NCBI GenBank assembly: GCA_041178085.1
Contig: JBEGVZ010000019.1
Location: 1 to 64,000, forward strand
Origin: Pseudomonadota bacterium
GTDB lineage: Bacteria > Bdellovibrionota_B > Oligoflexia > Oligoflexales > RGVZ01
Direction of reading: 5' to 3'
Length of the DNA stretch: 64,000 bases
Below, one piece after another: positions 56,211 through 64,000 of the stretch. Position 1 is the first letter of the stretch. Every line of letters begins with the position of its first letter. A program made the translations under genes and the position numbers. The notes beneath the pieces were generated by a model. That model was given only the letters and a program-made list of their open reading frames with translations. It made no database searches and was not told the origin of the DNA.

Positions 56211-56711
56211 ATGACAGCACACCGGCCACGGCGAAAAAAACAATCGGTTCTGATCGAGCCGTTCAAGCAAATCAAGTTTGGACTCTATGTCCTCGGAATT
56301 TCTACGGCTTTTCTGTTTGCATCCGGCTTCCTGTTCGTTCGCGCCTTTCGCGACCAGTACGAGCATGTCATGGGCCTGTTCAACGTGGTGGACGAATCCA
56401 TGCAGTGGGAACTGGTCACCAACGACGTGTTCACCGCCAATGCGATCCGGATCGGGGTCCTTTACGCGGTTTACCTGGCCGTGCTGTTCGGCGTCATTTT
56501 CCGCCTCACGCACCGTTATTACGGGCCGCTTGTCTCGATCGAACGCTTTGTCGAGGAGATCAAGCGGGGCAATTATGCACAAAGGGTCCGGATCCGTCGC
56601 GGCGATGAACTTCACGGGCTGGTGAACTCCCTGAACGCCATGGCTGAACACCTTGAAAAACGCCACGGCAAAAACTCCCGGGAAACCAGGGAATCAAAGC
56701 ATCCAAATTGA
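56211..56711 (+). CDS. Two-TM HAMP-only membrane protein
   Basis: AGGAG RBS; two TM helices; HRYYGPL..I..F....GNY.....R.GDEL..L...LN.MA. Confidence 0.8.
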   Translation: MTAHRPRRKKQSVLIEPFKQIKFGLYVLGISTAFLFASGFLFVRAFRDQYEHVMGLFNVVDESMQWELVTNDVFTANAIRIGVLYAVYLAVLFGVIFRLTHRYYGPLVSIERFVEEIKRGNYAQRVRIRRGDELHGLVNSLNAMAEHLEKRHGKNSRETRESKHPN

Positions 56712-56729
56712 CTGGTAAAAACGCAGGCG

Positions 56730-58031
56730 TCAGCCGATGACTCGCGGCTGGCCAGTGGTCTCAATCACGTTCTGCCAAAGCTCACCATCTGGGTTGATGC
56801 GCTGCTTGTCGCTACCGAGCGCTTGCATGGGCACATGCGTCATCCGCCCATGCCAGTATCCGATCAGAAGGCCCGTCTTGCCAGCCATGGCCGCATGCAC
56901 TGCGTACTGTGCCATCTTGGTGCAGAACATCTGGTCAGCTGGATTGGCTGGGGCCGCACGGATGATGTAGCTCGGATCGATGTATTTGACCGAAACAGGG
57001 GAACCCGCTTCCTTGAATAGAAGCTGGAGACGCTCCTTCAAGAACACACCAATATCACCAAGCTTTACGTTCCCGGATGCATCACGGGGGCGCTCGGACC
57101 CGGCGAAATAATGCTGCCCGGCCCCTTCGGCAACCACCACCAAAGCATGTTGCCGCCGGGCCAGCCTTGCCTTCAACAATTCAAAAAGACCTGCAGGCCC
57201 CTCCAGGCGAAAGGGCACCTCGGGAACCAGACAAAAGTTTGCGTGGCCTGTAGCCAACGCCGAATTTGCCGCGATGTATCCGCTTTCGCGGCCCATTAAC
57301 TTGACCAGACCGATTCCGTTTCGTACCCCGATGGCTTCGGCATGTGCCGCGTGGACCGCCTCGCACGCAATATCAACCGCTGTCTCGAAACCAAAAGAAC
57401 GTCGAACAAAGGGAATGTCGTTGTCGATGGTTTTCGGGATCCCGACAACGGCAACCTTGGCATTCCTACGCTGCAATTCCCGGTGGATCGCAAGAGCGCC
57501 CTTCATGGTCCCGTCGCCACCGATCGTGAACAGGATATTCACACCCATGCCCAGAAGGCTGTCGACCATCTGCTCAGCGGTCGGCGCGCCCCGCGAAGAC
57601 CCAAGAATCGATCCCCCACGCTGATGGATGTCATCCACGACATCTGGATCGAGGCGCATCGGTTTATCCAGGGTGCCGGCGGCAAGACCCTGGTAACCAT
57701 AGCGAATCCCGGCGATTTCCTTGACCCCATAGCGATGCCACAGGTGCAGGACGAGGGAACGGATCACTGCGTTCAAACCAGGACAAAGCCCACCACAGGT
57801 CAGGACCGCAGCACGCACCTTGTCGTACTGGAAAAACACCGGGTTGCGTGGACCCGCCACCTCAAAGCTTTCGGGAACAAGCCCGCCGGCAAGGCAACGT
57901 TCCACTTCCGCGGCCCGTGGATCGATGACAATTCGCTCCGAATCCCGGGTGAAGTGGGAGCCGTCCAGTCGGGCAATCGGACTTTCCACCAAGGGTTTTC
58001 CGAGGTTTTCGATTGTAAAGCGCTGGCTCAT
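56730..58031 (-). CDS. pfkA: ATP-dependent 6-phosphofructokinase
   Basis: TCGGLCPGLN, GGDGT, PKTIDND, LMGRESG, YIDPSY.IR. Confidence 0.92.
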   Translation of the reverse strand: MSQRFTIENLGKPLVESPIARLDGSHFTRDSERIVIDPRAAEVERCLAGGLVPESFEVAGPRNPVFFQYDKVRAAVLTCGGLCPGLNAVIRSLVLHLWHRYGVKEIAGIRYGYQGLAAGTLDKPMRLDPDVVDDIHQRGGSILGSSRGAPTAEQMVDSLLGMGVNILFTIGGDGTMKGALAIHRELQRRNAKVAVVGIPKTIDNDIPFVRRSFGFETAVDIACEAVHAAHAEAIGVRNGIGLVKLMGRESGYIAANSALATGHANFCLVPEVPFRLEGPAGLFELLKARLARRQHALVVVAEGAGQHYFAGSERPRDASGNVKLGDIGVFLKERLQLLFKEAGSPVSVKYIDPSYIIRAAPANPADQMFCTKMAQYAVHAAMAGKTGLLIGYWHGRMTHVPMQALGSDKQRINPDGELWQNVIETTGQPRVIG

Positions 58032-58148
58032 GGATTATCCGGGGCAATGCTGCCGGTTATACCTGTCTGTTCCCAGAATAACATCAACTGGGGCCCTGAA
58101 CATAACACCTGGGACCAGGCGGGTCCGCTGATAAACACGCGAATTTGT

Positions 58149-59255
58149 ATGCAAAATTTTTATTCCATCCCACGTTCCGAACTTGAACGCAGATGCGTTG
58201 AGGCCCAGGTGCCTGCGATCCACGGAAGCACCCTGTTCCGTTCGGCCTATAAGGGATTGTCCCGCGAACCCTGGGCTGGCCCAGGGTTACCCGCCAACAT
58301 GAGGAACCTGCTTGGGGATGACATCTGCACCCCGCGTCCAGAAGCCACGGATATCCTGGTCTCCCGTTACGATCATTCCGTAAAATTCCTGTTCCAATTG
58401 CCTGGCGTTGCGCCAGCTGAATCGCCTTCCGCCGAAAGCCGGATTGAGACGGTCCTGATGCCAGAGAAAAACCGCATCACCCTTTGCGTCTCAAGCCAGG
58501 TGGGCTGCCGGCAAGCGTGCACTTTCTGCCATACCGGGCGGATGGGCCTGCAACGCAATTTAACTGCCGGCGAAATCGTAGGTCAGCTGGTCGCCGCAAA
58601 CGCATGGATCGCGGCGCATCCTCAGTGGCTTGAAGACCTCAAACTACCTCCGTTCCAGCGTGTCACCAACATCGTGTTCATGGGCATGGGGGAGCCACTC
58701 GACAACGTTGAAGAAGTGGCGCGCGCCATCGAAATCATGACGGACGCACTTGGACCCGCCATTGCCTTGCGCCGGATCTCCGTATCGACAGCAGGGCACC
58801 TTGACGGGCTCGCGCGCATGCTCGAGCTGCACCCTCAGGTCCGCCTTGCGCTCAGCGTCCATTCCCCATTTGAAGCCGAAAGATCCAGAATCATGCCGAT
58901 CAACCGGCGCTGGCCCTTGAGCGCAGTCCTTGCGGCAATCCATCGCGCACAGCAGACCCAGCCGCACGAAGTGCTCCTCCAGTACACCCTGATCCACGGC
59001 GTCAACGACTCCCTCGAACATGCCCGCGAGCTTGTCAGGATCACTGAAGGCCTGAGAATCAAAGTCAACCTGATCCCGCTCAACGAAATCGATCCATCGC
59101 GGTTTTGCAGCCCCGCCCGTGAATCCGTGGAAGCATTCCGCGACTACTTGCACCAATCCGGCCTGCGCGTCATGGTCCGCTACAGCAAAGGCCAGGACAT
59201 TGCGGCTGCCTGCGGCCAGCTGGTATCTTTGCAAGACCGCAAAAAAACCAATTAG
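58149..59255 (+). CDS. rlmN: 23S rRNA m2A2503 radical SAM methyltransferase
   Basis: CVSSQVGCRQACTFC, FMGMGEP, VNLIP.N, DIAAACGQL. Confidence 0.92.
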   Translation: MQNFYSIPRSELERRCVEAQVPAIHGSTLFRSAYKGLSREPWAGPGLPANMRNLLGDDICTPRPEATDILVSRYDHSVKFLFQLPGVAPAESPSAESRIETVLMPEKNRITLCVSSQVGCRQACTFCHTGRMGLQRNLTAGEIVGQLVAANAWIAAHPQWLEDLKLPPFQRVTNIVFMGMGEPLDNVEEVARAIEIMTDALGPAIALRRISVSTAGHLDGLARMLELHPQVRLALSVHSPFEAERSRIMPINRRWPLSAVLAAIHRAQQTQPHEVLLQYTLIHGVNDSLEHARELVRITEGLRIKVNLIPLNEIDPSRFCSPARESVEAFRDYLHQSGLRVMVRYSKGQDIAAACGQLVSLQDRKKTN

Positions 59256-59345
59256 TTACCCATAATTACCGACACTTCCACCGAGCACCAAAACTTTCGC
59301 GACCCATTTTTCCAAATACCTTCAGTGGTTGCTCCTGACCCTGCC

Positions 59346-59372
59346 TAATTTTTTTGCAAATCATGCCGATTA
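59346..59372 (+). promoter_or_regulatory. Putative sigma28 promoter of the fapA-like gene
   Basis: TAAT-N15-GCCGATTA. Confidence 0.6.
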
Positions 59373-59402
59373 TCCCTGAAGGGGAATTATGGCTATCGCT
59401 GA

Positions 59403-61766
59403 TTGGCAGCGACTGGCGTCCCCTCCGGAGAATCACAGTTGCGGTTTTGGCCCTGGAACAATTTGCCAAAGCTCCGTTACGATCCGGGGACCCATCAGGT
59501 CTCTGTTTCGCTGGATCGCTCCTTTTGCCTTACGGAACGAAAGGCGCCACAGAAATTACTGAAAAAGGCCGTGGCGATTCTTGAAGCACACAAAACGGCT
59601 GGCGAAATCCATTCGTACATCACCCACACCAGCAGGCTCACTGCCGTTTGCAACGCCATGATCGCCATGGGGGACGAAGAAAATTCTTTTTCCATCGACT
59701 GCGTCATTGCAGCCGGGATCCCGAAGATGGAAGGGATATCCATTGCTGCCGTCAAATCCGAAGATACATCCAAACAGCTGAGAACCTTGCTCTACCTTAC
59801 AATTCGTGCGCCGCGCACTTTGATCGCAGCCTGGCGGGTAGAGTGGCTTGAAGCATTGATCATCGAAAAACTTTCTGCGATCGGCATCAACGACCGTCCG
59901 CACCTGGCCCAGCTTGAATCCACCTTGATGCGGGCCGCCGCCGGCGAAAGTACCGACCAGGTTCCACTGATGAGGGCTCCGGAAGAGGCGGCACTTGAAT
60001 CTGGAGCCGTGCATAAAAGCAGTTTTACCATCTCCGTCAACCACACCAGAAAAGAGATGTACGCTTACATCAACAACCCCTGGTTCATCAGGAAAGCGCA
60101 CGCTGACCAGCAAGTCCTTCAAGCCCTCGAGAACGCTGCAAACAAATCAGAAGCCAGCCGGGGAACAGACTACAAGGTACACCGCCGTCAAGTCAGCGAC
60201 GCCCTGAAGGCCGCCAGAACCGGCATTCAGGGAATCGGACTCGAATTACCCCTGGTGATCCTTGGCGGCGGGACTTTCACCCTTGGCGAAAGCACCCGTC
60301 CCGTGAACTACCCCGGCCAGGGCAGGTTGTTCATCGAGGTAAGCGAAGACCGGATGAGTGCCAAGATCGTCCGATTCAATATGGGCATTTACGACGACAC
60401 AACTTTTGTGCCCGACAAGGGCTGGCTGACCAGGGAACTGGAACGCCTCGGCGTGGCCGCCTCCGTGACCGCGGAAAAGATGGGCGAAGCACTCGAAAAG
60501 ATCCGGAACAAGGAAACTTTAGACGGCCTGGAAATTGCCGCCGGAATTCCTTCCACGGGAGGGAAAGAACCGTATCTCTTCCTGACCTATCAGGTCAGCC
60601 CGCTGGCTCTCAGCAGCGGGGAGGACTCACGCCAGGTCAATATGCGTGAAATCCAGCAGCGTTCACTTGTCCGCACCGGTCAAGTGATTGCAGAAATCAA
60701 ATTCAAGCAGCCTGGCGCTGACGGAAAGAACGTCTTTGGCGAAGCCCTGCCAAAAATGGCCGACGAACCCTTCGAAGTAAAAGTCGGCGAGGGCGTCGAT
60801 GCCGTCGACGGAGTATTCAAGGCCCGGTACGACGGTGCGCCGGGTATCGACGGCAACAACATCACACTCGCGAAAGCCTATATCGTCAACGGAGACGTCG
60901 ACATCCGCACCGGCAACATCCGTTTCGACGGCCCAGTCGAGATCAAGGGCTCGATCGAAGCCAACTCCATCGTAGAATGCACTGGTCCCCTTATTGTTGG
61001 CGGATCCATCATGGGCGCGACGGTCCGCTGCAAAACAAACATTTCCGTGCAAGGCAGTATCACCATGGGCGGGCAGGGCAGCGTGATTGCGAAGGACGCA
61101 ATCCAGGCGGAGTTTATCGAAAACGCGCGACTTCAGTGCTCTGGCGACATCAAGGCGAACAAGGCCATTCTTAACTCTGAAGTCATTTCCGGAAAGGCCG
61201 TTGAAACTATTGAGGGCACTGGGATCATTGCAGGCGGATCCATCACTTCCCGGGAATCGGTCCGCTGCGGAAACCTGGGCTTCAAAAATGGTGCAACCAC
61301 CGAGATCAATTGCGGTGGCGACTTTAAAGCGGAGCTGGGTGCACGCATCCGAAAAAACCGGCTCACCCGCCTGCAAAACCTGCAGGAAGAGGTCAAGAAC
61401 ACCCTTAAAGAACTCAACTCAAAATCCGCCAGCCAGATGACTCCGCGCCTTGAAGAGATGAAAAAAGTCGCCCTGCGAAAGCAAGGCATGCTGAAGGGCC
61501 TGATTGAAAAGGCGCAGGCCCACCTGCGCGCGGCACAGGCCAAAATCTCTTACCAGGAGAAGTCGAAGGTCTATATCCAAAACCTGCTCACCACCAACTG
61601 CCGTGTCATGATCGGCGGCAAAGTGATCCCGATTGAGACCGACATGATCGGTTGCGTTATCCAGGGCAAACAGCGCAAAGGCAGCTATATCGTTGCCATC
61701 AACGAAGCTGACGCGGGTGAAGGTGCAAGTGGAGATACAGGAGAGGCCAGCCCGAAGGCGAGCTGA
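59403..61766 (+). CDS. FapA/DUF342 family protein with N-terminal extension
   Basis: VSEDRMSA, G.NVFGE, VNGDVD..TGNI.FDG.V.I.G beta-helix, coiled coil; start uncertain. Confidence 0.85.
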   Translation: MAATGVPSGESQLRFWPWNNLPKLRYDPGTHQVSVSLDRSFCLTERKAPQKLLKKAVAILEAHKTAGEIHSYITHTSRLTAVCNAMIAMGDEENSFSIDCVIAAGIPKMEGISIAAVKSEDTSKQLRTLLYLTIRAPRTLIAAWRVEWLEALIIEKLSAIGINDRPHLAQLESTLMRAAAGESTDQVPLMRAPEEAALESGAVHKSSFTISVNHTRKEMYAYINNPWFIRKAHADQQVLQALENAANKSEASRGTDYKVHRRQVSDALKAARTGIQGIGLELPLVILGGGTFTLGESTRPVNYPGQGRLFIEVSEDRMSAKIVRFNMGIYDDTTFVPDKGWLTRELERLGVAASVTAEKMGEALEKIRNKETLDGLEIAAGIPSTGGKEPYLFLTYQVSPLALSSGEDSRQVNMREIQQRSLVRTGQVIAEIKFKQPGADGKNVFGEALPKMADEPFEVKVGEGVDAVDGVFKARYDGAPGIDGNNITLAKAYIVNGDVDIRTGNIRFDGPVEIKGSIEANSIVECTGPLIVGGSIMGATVRCKTNISVQGSITMGGQGSVIAKDAIQAEFIENARLQCSGDIKANKAILNSEVISGKAVETIEGTGIIAGGSITSRESVRCGNLGFKNGATTEINCGGDFKAELGARIRKNRLTRLQNLQEEVKNTLKELNSKSASQMTPRLEEMKKVALRKQGMLKGLIEKAQAHLRAAQAKISYQEKSKVYIQNLLTTNCRVMIGGKVIPIETDMIGCVIQGKQRKGSYIVAINEADAGEGASGDTGEASPKAS

Positions 61767-61929
61767 AAAAGACCAGGCTTGATCCCCTCTTTTCATTCAA
61801 CCACACGGCTGCAATGGTCCGTGCAAACATAATCCGGATGTGTCGAGAGATCTGGTGCATCAGCAAACAGCAAGATCCCCCGCAGGACCACCTTGATATC
61901 TACCTCTGGTTTCACAACCATTACCTGAT

Positions 61930-61960
61930 AAAAAATCCGGCGACCAAAAAGACGCCGGAT
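61930..61960 (-). terminator. Rho-independent terminator of the REC-PilZ gene
   Basis: ATCCGGCG-N10-CGCCGGAT followed by TTTTT on the minus strand. Confidence 0.75.
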
Positions 61961-62014
61961 CGCATTTCCCACCCGGTGCTACGCTTGTGAGAGTGCGCCG
62001 CGGATGGGGGAATT

Positions 62015-62731
62015 TTAAAGGTAGTACCTCATCGGCGAATCACTTTCGGCATTGATCGCGACGTACTTCTCAAGGCGCTTCTTGCCATCACCCTTGAAGC
62101 TTTCGATGCGGAAGCCGAATCCAGACACAGGATTCGCCACCTTGCGCACGACACGACCACTGACTTCGATCGGTTTCTTCACACCTGGAAGCTGCAGTTC
62201 GATATCCAGCTGCGTACCGGGCTCAAGAGCGAGATCGCTTTGAAGAAGTACCCCGCCGTTCGATACATCACCAAGCTCGCAGCTGACGGATTCGCCATCG
62301 AAAACAAAACTTGCGTTGCCACCAGTGCCAACGCGGGTTTCCCCCCGAGTCCGGTGGGACAGAAGGGACTTGAGCTTTTCGATGAAGTATTGACGCGGGA
62401 CAGGCTGCTCCACAAAGAGGTCTGCGCCTGCCTCTATGGCGCCAGATTTGGTGCGGGCGCCAGGCTGCACACTGGTCACCACGATGGGCAACTTGGCAAA
62501 TTTTTCCAAAGTCCTGATGTGCTTGATGACCTGGACAGCATCCACTTTGCGGTAATCGAGGTTGATGACCAGGACGTCCACCGCTGACTTTGCCAGCATA
62601 CGCTCTGCCTCGTCGTAAGAAGATGCGCCACGCACCACGACACCCATCTTCTTGTAACCGGCGGAATCAAGCTCCGTCGTGATCGAACGATCGTCAATCG
62701 ACAACATCTGGATTGGCTGGTTCTTTCCCAT
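62015..62731 (-). CDS. Pseudo-receiver plus PilZ domain protein
   Basis: REC fold (IDD..AGAD.F..P); PilZ RGETR and DVSNGG; AAGGA RBS. Confidence 0.88.
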   Translation of the reverse strand: MGKNQPIQMLSIDDRSITTELDSAGYKKMGVVVRGASSYDEAERMLAKSAVDVLVINLDYRKVDAVQVIKHIRTLEKFAKLPIVVTSVQPGARTKSGAIEAGADLFVEQPVPRQYFIEKLKSLLSHRTRGETRVGTGGNASFVFDGESVSCELGDVSNGGVLLQSDLALEPGTQLDIELQLPGVKKPIEVSGRVVRKVANPVSGFGFRIESFKGDGKKRLEKYVAINAESDSPMRYYL

Positions 62732-62803
62732 CTGGGGTATCCTTTCCATTTCTCGATGCCACTTATGGCTGCCGGGAATACCTGCGTCGCAGATCCCATT
62801 GGT

Positions 62804-62830
62804 GCTTCGGCGCAAACACGTTAGGCTTGA
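62804..62830 (-). promoter_or_regulatory. Putative sigma28 promoter of REC-PilZ
   Basis: TCAA(G)-N15-GCCGAAGC. Confidence 0.55.
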
Positions 62831-62835
62831 AGGAA

Positions 62836-63684
62836 ATGTTGCAGTCACGGGCAAGGGCAGGCTTGGACAGGAAGCAAAAAAAACAGAAAATACGCTGTGA
62901 TCAGGCGATGTTGGATCAAAATCTGGCCAGCTCAATCGAGGAAGCCAGGGCCCTTGTGATGGCCGGGATGGTCCTGGCAGGGGACCAGAAAATCGACAAG
63001 CCATCGATGATGGTGGAATCCGGCCAGCAACTGCGCCTGAAACAGGAGTCCTCGCGACGTTATGTCAGCAGGGGAGGTGACAAGATCGAATCAGCGGTGA
63101 TGTCGCTGGGGATTGCGTCCATCTTCAAAAACTGCACAGTTCTGGATCTTGGCTCATCCACTGGTGGGTTCACGGATTTTGCGCTGAAGCGAGGAGCCAA
63201 GCTGGTCATTGCAGTTGATGTGGGACACAATCAGCTTGCGTGGGAACTGCGAAAGAATCCAGCTGTGCTCGTCTTCGAATCCACACATCTACGGGACCTG
63301 AGGCAAGCGGCTTCAGAACGCGACCTGATCTCTGAACTGGACTCCGCCAAAGTCGTGATCGCTGATCTCAGCTTTACGTCTCTGGCCAGGTTGTTACCTG
63401 ATATTTTTGCCGCTGCCCCTGCCGCGACGGAATTTCTGCTGCTGGTCAAGCCACAGTTCGAATTGGATGCCAGTCTGGTACCGAAAGGCGGCGTGGTGAG
63501 CGATCCTGCGCATCGCAAACTTGCGGCTGAACTTGTTGATGACGGCTTCAAGAAAAACGGTTTTGCACCGGGAATCTGGGTTGATTCCGCGGTGCCAGGC
63601 AGAACGGGAAATATCGAGATTTTCTATTACAATCGCAAAACCCGTCAGGCCGGCAGCAACGCCCGGGCCGAGGACAAGCAATAA
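62836..63684 (+). CDS. tlyA: TlyA family rRNA 2'-O-methyltransferase
   Basis: S4-like N-terminus, YVSRGG.K, DLGSSTGGFTD, DLSF.SL, LVKPQFE, GNIE. Confidence 0.92.
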   Translation: MLQSRARAGLDRKQKKQKIRCDQAMLDQNLASSIEEARALVMAGMVLAGDQKIDKPSMMVESGQQLRLKQESSRRYVSRGGDKIESAVMSLGIASIFKNCTVLDLGSSTGGFTDFALKRGAKLVIAVDVGHNQLAWELRKNPAVLVFESTHLRDLRQAASERDLISELDSAKVVIADLSFTSLARLLPDIFAAAPAATEFLLLVKPQFELDASLVPKGGVVSDPAHRKLAAELVDDGFKKNGFAPGIWVDSAVPGRTGNIEIFYYNRKTRQAGSNARAEDKQ

Positions 63685-63911
63685 TAAAAATGAGCTGCAT
63701 CGAGCGCGTCGATCCAGATTGTGTCGTTCTGGTAGTCGTAGTGAGCTGCGATGTCTTTGTTGCGGATCGCACTAATCACAATTTCTTCTTCAACGCTATA
63801 AAGGTCAATCATCCCGGCAAGGCTTAAACGCTTGCCGTCGTATTGCGCGGGGTCATGGCCGAGTTCACGCAAAGCTTCGGAGAAAGCATGCTTGGACACC
63901 TGCAAAGACAT
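63645..63911 (-). CDS. Small acidic hypothetical protein
   Basis: GGAGG RBS; 88 aa; convergent overlap with tlyA. Confidence 0.7.
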   Translation of the reverse strand: MSLQVSKHAFSEALRELGHDPAQYDGKRLSLAGMIDLYSVEEEIVISAIRNKDIAAHYDYQNDTIWIDALDAAHFYYCLSSARALLPA

Positions 63912-64000
63912 GGATGCCTCCCGTGCCGATCAAGGTTTCTGTGTACGGTTTTTGTGTTCGGTATATTCAAAGTCTAGTGGGGTTGCGAGGGTCTCTCAAC

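Noticed and set aside
58070..58115. Imperfect direct repeat CCC.GAA..TAACA..CTGGG in the pfk-rlmN gap
   Set aside because: Only two degenerate copies; cannot be told from chance
1..64000. CRISPR arrays, tRNA/rRNA, IS elements, prophage, defence systems
   Set aside because: No repeat-spacer arrays, cloverleaf motifs, transposase/integrase or recognisable defence domains were seen by eye

Overview
Gene-dense bacterial chromosomal segment (GC roughly 55-60% by eye). I saw no rRNA, tRNA, CRISPR array, prophage or transposase. Gene content suggests Bdellovibrionota (Oligoflexia-like) or a related deltaproteobacterial lineage; this is inference. About 60 CDS are present. Housekeeping genes: rplM-rpsI, asnS, hflX, ettA, ribD, polyprenyl synthase, speA, rsmD-coaD, epmA, pfk, rlmN, tlyA. 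Other genes: a six-gene phospholipid remodelling cluster, two GT4 glycosyltransferases, a 1542-aa Cys-rich adhesin-like protein, divergent Tad-pilus genes, c-di-GMP genes (STAS+GGDEF pair, pseudo-REC-PilZ), FapA and several outer-membrane proteins. Signals missing from the ORF track: (1) a 34-aa Arg/Lys-rich ORF with its own RBS and terminator (55982-56086, minus strand), a candidate small ribosomal or nucleic-acid-binding protein; (2) GATC-core repeats in exact 11-bp phase between divergent genes (5789-5865); (3) six sigma28/FliA-like promoters linking the adhesin, VWA lipoprotein, STAS-DGC, HAMP protein, FapA and REC-PilZ into a putative motility/attack-phase regulon, two of them apparently leaderless; (4) a 55-aa pilin-like ORF and a candidate structured RNA. 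All calls come from reading motifs by eye; no database searches were run. Start codons were often trimmed from the ORF track using RBS and context.
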